A stretch of 64,000 nucleotides of DNA, taken from assembly GCA_963924565.1 (NCBI GenBank), contig OZ004614.1:10354001-10418000 (forward strand). Reading direction: 5' to 3'. A model generated the notes under the pieces. The model ran no database searches and was not told the origin of the DNA. It saw only the letters and a program-made list of their open reading frames with translations. Position numbers and translations under genes: made by a program. This stretch comes from Ascidiella aspersa. Lineage: Eukaryota. Of the stretch, positions 14,192 to 26,300 are shown piece by piece (the first letter of the stretch is position 1; every line of letters begins with the position of its first letter).

Positions 14192-17100
14192 TTACTCCAA
14201 AAGGTTTTCCATTTCGCGTTCTAAATCATCGGTGGATGATCTCTTCGAGTTCGTTTGACTTTGCGACTGAGACTGGAAGCTCATTCCTGTTAGGTCTTCG
14301 CCGGCGAGTTGTTTCATTTGTTCTTTTTGCTGAACGAAAAAACAATAACTCTTGTATTTTTTATGTTAACAATGGAAAGAAATGTTTTATTTCTTGCAAA
14401 TGTTTAGTTGATTTAGGACTAGGCGAACCATACATTTTATAAGATAGCTTCTACAATAATCTATACGGATAAGCAAGCATTTAATATAAAAAATATTAAT
14501 CTAATAATATTTAAAAAAGGCTTTTTAAAAATGCTTTCTTATCTATAACCAAAATTACATTTATGCACCACATGTTTCATATAACCTACTTTTAACGAAC
14601 TTTACATAAAACTTGTTTGAGATTAAAGTTAAAAATTTTCATATATATTTATACGTTATATTACACTGTTAAGTAAACGAAATGTTACCTGCTGCAACAA
14701 ATCGCCTTGGTCGTCTCCGAGGTCCATCAATCCTTTGATGGTTTCGTGAACCAAACTCGCGAGTTCAGCGTCAGTCTGATCTCCCTTTGACGCTTGCATT
14801 TGGTCGACTGCGTCCTGCAAGCAGAAAACGTGTTGATATTTTAAAGTTTCAAGTCGACAAATGAAGCAGTTTAAACTCAATGCTCGCAGCGTGTAGAGGC
14901 GCTAGATTCCATAATTGGTAAATTTTTTGCGCAATGCTCGAAATGTTCAAGTTTCTGTTTGTTTTCAAAACGCTCAAAAAAAGGCACTCGACTCAAACAA
15001 ATTTTGCACATATACAAATTGTTTGTTTTTCTATCTGTATTGAATCAAAGCATTTTTTAAGGCATAGTAAGATTCATAAATTTCGTGTACATTTTGACTG
15101 TAGCAATTTACCAAGGCGGACTTTTCCTTTTGAGTTAAGTTGACATAACTTACCGCTTGTTTGTAAACGTCATTAAGCTTGCTGTACGTTTAGCTTAAAA
15201 TGAATGCGTTTCAAAATTCATAGAATTAATAGTCGATTGTTAGGATGATACCTTGTGCCGGTGTTTGACCTGGGCTTGTGATGACTTTAATGGTTGAAAA
15301 AAAATATTTTTTTGCAAAAATGAAAACCGACTTTAAATTTAACATATGTCGTCATACGAAAATCTGGCAAACCTCGATGTTTGAGTGTAATTCCTCCTGA
15401 CTGCTGACACTTTCCGCAGCCTTCGCGTTCAACTGCTCGATCGCTTGACTCGCCTTCGCCTCGAGGTTGGTCGGTAGGTCAAGGTTGTCCGAATTTAGCT
15501 TTGCAATCACCTGACGCACTTCGCTCTGGAACTCTTGGTGCGCGATCGCGTCCGCCACGGATTGCTGCAAAACGTAATGCAAATTGTTTTGCTCTGTCAA
15601 AACACAACGGTGACAAGCCCTTTGGAAGCAAAACTTTTATTGAAACAAAGCCCATTGTGAAACCCTTGGAGCAACTATAGCCGGGGTGGCCAAAACGCGG
15701 CTCGCGAACCCAGTTATATGCGGCTCTTACGTTCATGTTGCACTTATGATTTTTGGAACGTTTTGATTTCGTTTGGCAAAGGTATAGCGGGATTATTGCC
15801 GGTTCCGACTCAGACTCTTTGCCTTAAGGCCATTGTATTGTTAGTAACAATTTTGAAACAAGACAAACGGAAAAAATATTCCCAAATAGTATTGACAAAT
15901 GACATTGTATCGAGAAATGGGTGTTTTTTTCACCCAATGCGTCGCGTCTCACTTCTAAATTAAAATTTTGTCCACGCACTTTTTTCGCGCTTCGTGCGAT
16001 CGCTTTGTGGGAGTGAGTAAGAAATGGGGTGATAGGCAATTTTTTTGTTCTAGTGTGTAAAGAGTGGTTCTATAGGAAGGCAGATTTTTTTATTGTTACA
16101 ACCCACACTTTACACGTTGCAGATGGAATAGTATTGTTTGGAAAAAGGATCATGTCGACACTTAGGAAAAGAAAAAAACGCAATGTTGCACGCTGCATGT
16201 TCTTTCCATCATTATATCTAATCTGGAAGCCATAAGAAATTAATTAAAGTAAAATCAATAGAATAATTTTTGTTGTTGATAAACTGCTATCGGATTGGAC
16301 AAAATTCAATTCCCTTCAGGCAACTTGCAAACATTAGCTCACCTCTTCCAACTCGCTGTCCAGATTGGAAATCTGTGCTTGAATCTGCTGCTGAGCTTGC
16401 TTCTGTGCCGATTCGCCTCCCTCGCTTAAGGATCCTGCGTTGATCTGATTGATCAGCTTCTGGATGTCGCTGTTTAGTTCCTCCTGTGGGCGAAGCGATT
16501 TTGGTAAAGAAAAGAAAAAGCGGCATTTTTGCATAATTTATGGGAAAGTGGCATGTTTAACTAATTTATGGGAAAGTGTCATGTTTGGCTAATTTATAGA
16601 AAGTGGCATTTTTGACTAATTTATGTTTCGGTAAAGCAGGGTTTATTAGAGTGGGCCAAGAAGGTTTAGCAGAGAGGGGGTGCGAAGGGCTACTTCAAAT
16701 TGATTTAATACCAAGCATTGCTGCTGAGAATAACTGTTTGGTGCTGCTTTTTCGGCCGTTACTGACACATGTTATTTTATGCCAATACCTTGATCTGTTG
16801 TTCTCAGTGGTATTAATTTTGTTTTGCCTTTTTTGCCTTGAGTTAAAGCGTCCCTAATGTAGTTACACATTGTGTTATCAGGAGGTTTCGCACAATGCCA
16901 TTCCCAAACTATATTTTGTTAACTTTTACTATAGAAATGCCTTTTTTCGCGTTTGGCACGAAATTAATCTACATTTTACTACGTGTTCTCCCGCTTTAAG
17001 GAAATCTTTGACAAGAGCGCGGTACCCAGAATGGCAAAATCTTTTGCTGTGTGAAATTACATATTCTGAAACGACAATGAGTTTTTAGCGAGTAATCTGA

Positions 17101-17381
17101 AACCGACCTTTTAGTGTAACGTTTTAACCTTATTTTTACGTTCATCGTATAAAGTCTTGTAAAACAACGACAGTTTAATGCAGCATTCTTAGTTTATAAT
17201 AATACCGTAGTGATTATTCCCAAACAAATATAATTGCTATACACAAAAAAGTACGACAAAAAAACTAGTTTTATACCTGGTTGTTGGCAGCGTCTTGAAT
17301 TGATTCAAAACCCTGACTTTGTGACTGGGAGCTGGTTTGACTTTGCCCGTTGCCGTTGTTGATTTGGATCTGGGTTTGACT
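14192..17381 (-). CDS. Mucin C-terminal Cys-free Gln/Glu-rich tail, 5 phase-0 exons ending in TAA at 14192-14194
   Basis: [23 protein letters not shown]...; [17 protein letters not shown]...; [23 protein letters not shown]...; [11 protein letters not shown]...; [45 protein letters not shown]. All have canonical splice sites. Confidence 0.82.
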
Positions 17382-20300
17382 CTAAATGTTAACATAAAAT
17401 GCCCTATTTAAACAAATATACCCCAAATGCGTCCAGCAAATCAACATGGAAACCTATTTAAATTGCATTCCAAACTTAGAAAATCAAGTTTATTGCTTTA
17501 CCTGATGGTTTCCACCGGTGCTGCTCGATCCGCCGGTTTGCGTGTTGTCGTTGGAGTTGACAAGACCGTCGATGATGCTGTTCACCTGATCTTGAATGCT
17601 CTCTACCTCCTGACTCTGACTCTGCGACTGCGACTGCGAACCGCCTCCGCCGGAGCAACACTTCACTCGAATCTCATAGTCCTCGCACACAGGATGCGTC
17701 GTCTGCTGGTTGGCGATGCACTCAAGACCAACGTTTACGTCGCAACTCACCACCTGCCATTCCTGGTAGGAGGCAAACTCGGCCACGGTGCCACCCACCG
17801 GCCTGCATTCGATCTCGGTGGGCGACTCACAGATCTCCGTGCCTGTGCTTCTAATCTTCTCATATGTTTCGATGTCGTCGCGCTCCGGCATTTTCGGACG
17901 CGAAGCGCTGATCCAATCGGACCAAGTGCACGCTTCAGTCGTGGTCGTTGCCTCGGTGGTTGTTGTTGTTGCCACGGTAGTGGTTGTTGCAACTGTGGTG
18001 GTAGTTGCCTCAGTGGTTGTGGTTGGTTCTGGAGTTGGTTTCATCGTCGTAGTCGTGGTTGTTACTGGTTCTTGTGGAACAGTAACTGTGGTTATTTCAC
18101 CAGAACCTGATTCTTCTTCAGTTGTGGTCGGTACTGGTTTGGTTGCAACTGTGGTAGTGGTCACTGGTTCTTGGGGAACGGTAACTGTGGTTATTTCACC
18201 AGAACCAGATTCTTCTTCAGTTGTGGTCGGTACCGGTTTGGTTGCTACTGTGGTAGTGGTCACTGGTTCTTGTGGAACAGTAATTGTGGTTATTTCTCCG
18301 GAACCAGATTCTTCTTCAGTTGTGGTCGGTACTGGTTTGGTTGCAACTGTGGTAGTGGTCACTGGTTCTTGTGGAACGGTAACAGTGGTTATTTCTCCGG
18401 AACCAGATTCTTCTTCAGTTGTGGTCGGTACTGGTTTGGTTGCAACTGTGGTAGTGGTTACTGGTTCTTGTGGAACGGTAACAGTGGTTATTTCTCCGGA
18501 ACCAGATTCTTCCTCAGTTGTGGTCGGTACTGGTTTGGTTGCTACTGTGGTAGTGGTTACTGGTTCTTGTGGAACGGTAACAGTGGTTATTTCTCCGGAA
18601 CCAGATTCTTCTTCAGTTGTGGTCGGTACTGGTTTGGTTGCTACTGTGGTAGTGGTCACTGGTTCTTGGGGAACAGTAACTGTGGTTATTTCTCCGGAAC
18701 CAGATTCTTCTTCAGTTGTGGTCGGTACTGGTTTGGTTGCAACTGTGGTAGTGGTTACTGGTTCTTGTGGAACGGTAACAGTGGTTATTTCTCCGGAACC
18801 AGATTCTTCTTCAGTTGTGGTCGGTACTGGTTTGGTTGCAACTGTGGTAGTGGTTACTGGTTCTTGTGGAACGGTAGCAGTGGTTATTTCACCAGAACCA
18901 GATTCTTCTTCGGTTGTGGTCGGTACTGGTTTGGTTGCTACTGTGGTAGTGGTCACTGGTTCTTGTGGAACTGTAACAGTGTTTATTTCTCCGGAACCAG
19001 ATTCTTCTTCAGTTGTGGTCGGTACTGGTTTGGTTGCTACTGTGGTAGTGGTCACTGGTTCTTGTGGAACAGTAACTGTAGTTATTTCACCAGAACCAGA
19101 TTCTTCTTCAGTTGTGGTCGGTACTGGTTTGGTTGCTACTGTGGTAGTGGTCACTGGTTCTTGTGGAACAGTAACTGTGGTTATTTCTCCGGAACCAGAT
19201 TCTTCCTCAGTTGTGGTCGGTACTGGTTTGGTTGCTACTGTGGTAGTGGCTACTGGTTCTTGTGGAAGGGTAACAGTGGTTATTTCTCCGGAACCAGATT
19301 CTTCTTCAGTTGTGGTCGGTACTGGTTTGGTTGCTACTGTGGTAGTAGTTACTGGTTCTTGTGGAACGGTAACAGTGGTTATTTCTCCGGAACCAGATTC
19401 TTCTTCAGTTGTGGACGGTACTGGTTTGGTTGCTACGGTGGTAGTGGTTACTGGTTCTTGTGGAACGGTAACAGTGGTTATTTCACCAGAACCAGATTCT
19501 TCTTCGGTTGTGGTCGGTACTGGTTTGGTTGCTACTGTGGTAGTGGTCACTGGTTCTTGTGGAACAGTAACAGTGGTTATTTCTCCGGAACCAGATTCTT
19601 CTTCAGTTGTGGTCGGCACCGGTTTGGTTGCAACTGTGGTAGTGATCACTGGTTCTTGTGGAACAGTAACTGTGGTTATTTCTCCGGAACCAGATTCTTC
19701 TTCAGTTGTGGTCGGCACCGGTTTGGTTGCAACTGTGGTAGTGGTCACTGGTTCTTGTGGAACGGTAACAGTAGTTATTTCTCCGGAACCAGATTCTTCT
19801 TCAGTTGTGGTCGGTACTGGTTTGGTTGCAACTGTGGTAGTGGTCGCTGGTTCTTGTGGAACAGTAACTGTGGTTATTTCACCAGAACCAGATTCTTCTT
19901 CAGTTGTGGTCGGTACTGGTTTGGTTACAGCTGTGGTAGTGGTCACTGGTTCTTGTGGAACTGTAACAGTGGTTGTTTCACCAGAACCAGATTCTTCTTC
20001 AGTTGTGGTCGGCACGGGCTTGGTTGCTGCGGTGGTGGTGGTTATTGGTTCCTGCGGCGCTGGTGTGGTAATCGTTGGTTGACAGGCAGCAGTGCATCCG
20101 CAAGCTTCGACATCGGTGTACGAATACTGAATTTCGGTGCCGTTCTTACATTTCATAGCGATAACACGCTGAACGGTTTCGGTAGGCTGGCAGCAGGAGC
20201 ACTTACTGTTAGCACCGTATTCCGTCCAAAAGTAGCTGTCGCGGCAGAAGCCATCGCAGTAAGATTGTGAGACGGGTTGGTTAGATGCACAGCCGTCAAT

Positions 20301-23300
20301 GACCATGTACTCAGGTTTGGTACTGATGTGCCTTCCGCAGGCGAAGCATTCGCTCTCGCATTTTAGACAGCAACCGTCGTCGGTCGAAACCACCTTGCCA
20401 TTGTTGTTAACGCAAGCATCGTGGTCAAATGGCGGGCACGGGTTTTTCATGCACTTCTCCTCGTGGAAGCCGTGCTCGTTCATTTCCTCGCTGCACATGC
20501 ACGTGTGGCATTTGTCAGGCGCCCATTGTTGGCCGAGCTGTAACAACATTTTGCATTACTAAACTTGTAAAATACTATAACCTTCCATTAATAATTCAAG
20601 TATTTAAGCATCTACGTGACGTTTGGTGAATTTCAGAAGTCTTCGATCAACATTAAAACATGACATGGTTGTATTTTGGGAAATATAAAATTAGACTAAT
20701 ATATTTTAAACCAAAACGCAATTTAAAAACTTGCCATTTGTTTAAACAAGCAAAAATACAGACAAAGATTGTGAGATTTCATAAGGCTAAACCGTACAAC
20801 TAATCTTTTACGTCGTTTGTATTGTTTTATTTTTTATTTTTACAAGGCAATCATTTGTACAATAAATCAAGGGCGACGTTGTGTGATCTCAGGGTTCAAC
20901 TTCTAATACACAAGACCGCTAAAGGTTACTCACCGGTTTCTCCATGTCATTGTCGCAGCAGACCTTCTTGGGCTCGCACGAAAACGTGGGACAGCAGTCC
21001 TCCGTCGTTTCGACAAGTACATGACAGGCCGGGCATTGTGGCACAGTTTGCGGAGGACAGGGGTAACTATTCTCGATGACAACCATGCCGTTAATGTTGG
21101 TTACGCACATGTACGATGAGCAATTGTGCACGAATTCCCAGTTGCTTCCAGACTTGAAAACAACAAATGCGACAGATGACAATTAAAGTTCGTTTAAAAC
21201 AGCATTCTATGGAAATTTTGGTGATGTTAGGTAAGAGATTGCTACGCATGTTTAGACGTATGGTATGAGGTTACTTTTGATATCATAGTTACAAGTTTTT
21301 TTACCAGACAATACAAAATATAACAATAAATGGATGAATTTAAAGACAAGCCGACTATTTTATGTCAGTATTTCATAACTTGGCGTTTCTATCAATAAAA
21401 AAACGCAGTCATTATTTGGTTATATACTTTTTAAAGTATTATGTTGTGTTTGCTAAAAATACCAACGCTGTGCGACTTCCTTAATTCGTACAAAACAACG
21501 GCATGTCGTCTGTATGAAGATACATTCATCGGGTTAAAACATACAAGGGTCTTTCACTTACCTCCTTGCAGCTCAGTACTCCTTCTTCGTGAACCGCGCA
21601 TCCGTTGGGCACGCATTGGCCGCAACACTCGCCAGCGGGAACAATGTAGTCGTGGCAGGGTGGACAACTTGTATCGCAGTCCATGACCACACAGGTCTCG
21701 ACGTGGCACGAGTTAGCGGAGTTAACGTCGTCGAGGCACTGGCAGTGCGTGCACACGTCAGGCTGCCACTCTTGGCCGGGCTGAAAAAATAATACGGTTT
21801 TAAGGGCTGAAATAATAACGTTTTAAGTAAAAAAATTATACTTTAACCTGACAAAGCATGGTTGTGCGAAAGCTTGTCGAGACTTCAACACAATTTGTCT
21901 TTATATAGTGCAACCTGATTACTCTATTTGGAATTAGACAAATACGGTGATTTACAAAGATTGTCAAGTAAAAGTAACTCACGTTCGTGCAGATATTCAC
22001 GTTCGTACGGGGTTCTAAACAAACGTATTTTTGTCCGATTGCACCATGTGAAATAGTTAAATTTGTGGAAACTTTGGCCGATGTTGAAATGGGTTAAGAA
22101 TAAGATTAATGTTAATTTGTTGCTACAATTCGAACACAGTAGCAAAGGATCAACGAAGAAACCACAAAATGGTTATCGAGTCAGTTGACCCTGAAGGTAT
22201 AAGGAATTGAGGTTACAGCAGTTAAGGCGATATAAACGTAGTATTTTTTAACAAACTATGGTAACTTTAAAATTTGGAAAAAATAACCGAAAATACAAAA
22301 ATATATACTATCTAAAGAAAGAGAAGGCTTGTTCAATAAAATAATTGCATCCACTATAATACTTCTTGGCGTTCTATAACTCTTACCGCAATCACGTCAA
22401 TCACCACTAGTAAAGCCCGTTCTCTTATTTCAAAATACGTTATCAACACGTTATACTCAAGTTTAAAAGCCAAGTATCCGGAAAACAAGAAGCTGGTTGA
22501 ATATATATATTTTGCCAAGTGAGGCCGTCAGTTTATTAGTACTGATTTTTGTTTTAACTAAAGTAAGAAAGGGTTGGTGTCGTGTTGTGTGGCCCACTCA
22601 CGTTGTACACTTTGCCGTCGACCAAGCAGATGTTCTTGCTGACGCACGTCACGTGACGACAGTTGCACGAGTCGACTTCGATCACAGATTCCTCGCACTG
22701 GGAACATGGCTGGTTGGATGGACACTGGTTGCACTCTGCGAGCATTACGTATACTCTATGTTAATGCGAGGCTTAGCAAACTGGCGCAAAATCACTTAAT
22801 GACCAGTCGCAGCAATTCTTAACACTGCGACAATTTAGAATAAACACTGTTTGATATTTGTTTAATTTTCGCAAAACATAAACAGTTGGTTTGCACCTAA
22901 ATTATTTTAATTCAACCCAATACATTTATAAGTATTTCTATTTGAAATCAGCTGACGCGTTAGCAAAAATAATTTTCTTAATACTTTTAATATTCGATTC
23001 GCCGTTAACCTCAACAAGATAAAACTAGTTCAGAAATGATTTAATTGAAAGTAATTAACTAAGCGCTGTAAAAGACAATGGTTTTGTGAAACTTGAACTC
23101 CATCTTTAAAGAGCAAGGTAAAACAATTTTGCCTGCTGAATCTCTTATGGCACTAAGTCAGTGAATTTACTGAAGTGCATTCAGTCACCTTTTTACACGG
23201 CTTACCAGGTAATTTGGGTAAGTGATTGACTTGGACTTTAATCGTTTACACATTTATTATTACCTTCCAAGGGTTTTAATTAAACTACATTACTGAAACT

Positions 23301-26300
23301 GGGTTGACGTCAAATCCGGTATTTTAACGTCAATTCCTACTTGAAAAGAGGTTTGCTTCCTACTAAACTTGGTTTGTTATAGATGTTTTCCATGCGAAAT
23401 ATCGAAATGGAACTAGTTTGACATTTTAATAGCTTAACATTTATTTTGAAAGCCGTTCCTTTTGCTCGTACTCGATTTGCCATAATCCTGAATAGGAAAA
23501 AAATCCCACGCTTACCGCAAGAATGCAACGGGCAGCATTCGGTCTCGTGGGTGACTAGGTGCTGGTTGGAGCTGCACTGGGGCGCCTCGGGACATGGATT
23601 GCGTGATGTGTTGCAGTGGCAGTCGTACTCCGGGATGCACTCGTCATTGTCGATGCGTTCCGGTACGTATCCCGGTGGACACTTTGGAACCGGAACCACG
23701 TCACAGCCCTCCTCGCCCTTGCCAAGTTCGTAGTTGCAGGCTGCGCGAAACAAACAGCCGTTTTTTGGCGAAATAGCGAAACAAAAGTTTCGTTTTTAAC
23801 GCGTAAATGCTGCATTTTTTGCCTTTTTACTTTGCGGGTTTTGACTTCTTTTTTTACAGTTATAAGGCTAGCCGAACGACAAACTTGTTTTAAGTTGTGT
23901 ATACTTTGTTGGCACAACACACTATACTGGATGTTTTCTGTAAAGGAACACATTAAAAGGTAAAGCAGGGTAAAACACGGCACTTGCAAAATAAAAAAAA
24001 ATAGAAAATATAAGAAATTTGAAATTTGAAACAAGAAACAAAGCTGCACACGTAGAATGAATATCAAAAGCAATACAGAAGTTGTTTATTTTCAACATTG
24101 TTCTTCATTTTCAACATTGTAAAAAAATGCTGCTTACTGTATGCTTATTATTCATTCCACGGTTACATACAACTTCCAGCTATTATTCTCCAAAGACTCT
24201 ATTCACAAGTTTTAAATCTAGGTTTTAGACATGTGTTGTCGAAACATCAGACTGCAAGTTTCTGATAAGCAAAAAAAATCTCATATAGCTTAAATGAAAG
24301 AAACTCACTGCAGTCGTATTGTGGGCAGCACGGGTCGGTTGTAACCCTGCGTTGGGGCACCTGACAGGGGCCACAGCTGGGTACCTCCTCTTGGAAACCA
24401 GCTGGACAGGTGACCTTATCGCAGACGATTTCGTGGCCCACTGAACAGCTGCACATCGTGCACTCGTCTTGGAACCAAGTTTCGCCGAACTGAAAAAAAG
24501 CAGCAAACAGTGAAGATATGCCAAATCAAGTTTTTAAAGTACACGGTCCGATTGAAAAAATGTCCCATACTTGACATTTTATTCGGATACCGATAGACAA
24601 TATTTGAATACAAAGTATCGCGATACGGCCGAAATCAAATTGCGTCATTACTATGCTTAAAACAAACAAAATAGACAAATATCAAATGGTAAAGGTTTTT
24701 TTTTTCAATTTGTTAAGTCAAAACGTGTTTTAGCGTTAGCAAATTCAGTTATCTCCAGAATCTACTTTTTTGAAATAGTTAATAACTTTTACATTATAAT
24801 CGCTGCGTTGAATCGCATATATTTCCGGAATTCTCATATAAATTTGGTATCGGATCAGCACCAATGCATCCCTAGTATCGGCTAAAGGCACCGATATTAA
24901 CGAACGTTCTTAAACTAACCAGCAGTTAGCGCCAGGTGGATATGACGTTTAATTACAGGATTTAACATCAGCTTGGAATTCAATTACACGCTACACCGCC
25001 AGGTAAACTGGTTAATTAGGTTTAGGGCACGTTTGAAAGTGTGCGTTCTGTGTTTTTAATTGGGAATCAAGCAAACATATAGGCACTGCTGGGCATAATG
25101 ATCGGAGGTTGTAGTAAAGCGTATAACAGTATCAAAACCCATACAGAAAGAGGTATTATTATGAACGTTTCAAACAACTCTTTATTCATTTTCAACATCT
25201 TAAAAAAAGATGTTGAAAATAAATAAAGAGTTATTCGAAACGTTCAAATTGATACCTACTTCTGTATAGGCTTCGATATTCCAATTACGTATATGTATTG
25301 TGTTCTGACTTTTCTTAAAAAAGAAAGTTCTCATTGGCTGCGCTGCGAATCTACCGCACACCCATGGTGTACTTGTTATGCGAAACAAGTTGTGAAAAGT
25401 TGCATTATTATCGAGGCAAACACTTTGGTTTACCGTGGTTTTTCGCTGTTGCACTCACCCTGTACGTGTTGTTGTGCTCGTCGATGCACTTGTTGTCGCA
25501 CTTGAAGCAGCAGCCGTTCTCGGTGAGCACCTTCTTACCACCGCGAGCCTCACAAGTCGTAGGATCGAAGGGCGGACACCAGATGTGAGTGCATTTTACC
25601 TCCAGGAATCCGGTCTGCCTGTTCAGCTCGCTGCCGCACACGCAGTTGTGGCAGTCGTCCACGCTCGGTGTGGGTTGGCCGGGCTGCAAGTGTCAAAAGG
25701 TGTACAAAAGTTAGTGATCATAGCGCGTGTATTAGAAACCACACCGATGGGTTTATTCCGTGTTAAAAAGAGCGCTTATGCGATTTTTAAATTCGACTAA
25801 ACTCGATGTTCTTTCTTTGTCGCGGAGTCGGGATGACTTTGGGTGTGCTTTCACTTTTTTAAACCACTTTACTTAACTTTGACCTTTGGGTAAATTGATT
25901 CGACTAAGGTTATATTTAAACCAAATTTGACTTAAACTCAAGGGTTGAAGACAAACTAGTGGATTTTATAACCTACTTTTTAATCGACTGGGACTTATTG
26001 TTTTTTTTAAAATTGAGTTATTTGCAACACTGTCGTATTGGTCAGTAACAGTTTCTTAAAAGAAGCCTGAAGGCAAGCCCACCGAACGTATCATTAAAAA
26101 CAAAGGAATAGCTTCAAAACCACGAACAACAACTTACCAGAATAGCCGAGCCGTCCACGCAGCAGACGTTATCCGGCACACACTCGAAACTGGGGCAGCA
26201 GTCCACAGTGGTCTGCTCGAGTCGGTAGCAAGTCGGGCATGACTTGACATCCAGAACCGGGCAGTTGATCGGGCTTGTTGTAATCTCGGTGTTGCCGTTG

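Noticed and set aside
18055-20060. CRISPR-like periodicity
   Set aside because: The units are contiguous with no unique spacers, they are coding, and the context is eukaryotic.
17788-20270. Long plus-strand ORFs of 764 aa (Val-rich) and 699 aa (Cys/Gly/Phe/Trp-rich)
   Set aside because: They are antisense shadows of the stop-free 99-bp repeat. The minus frame carries real domains on both sides of the array.
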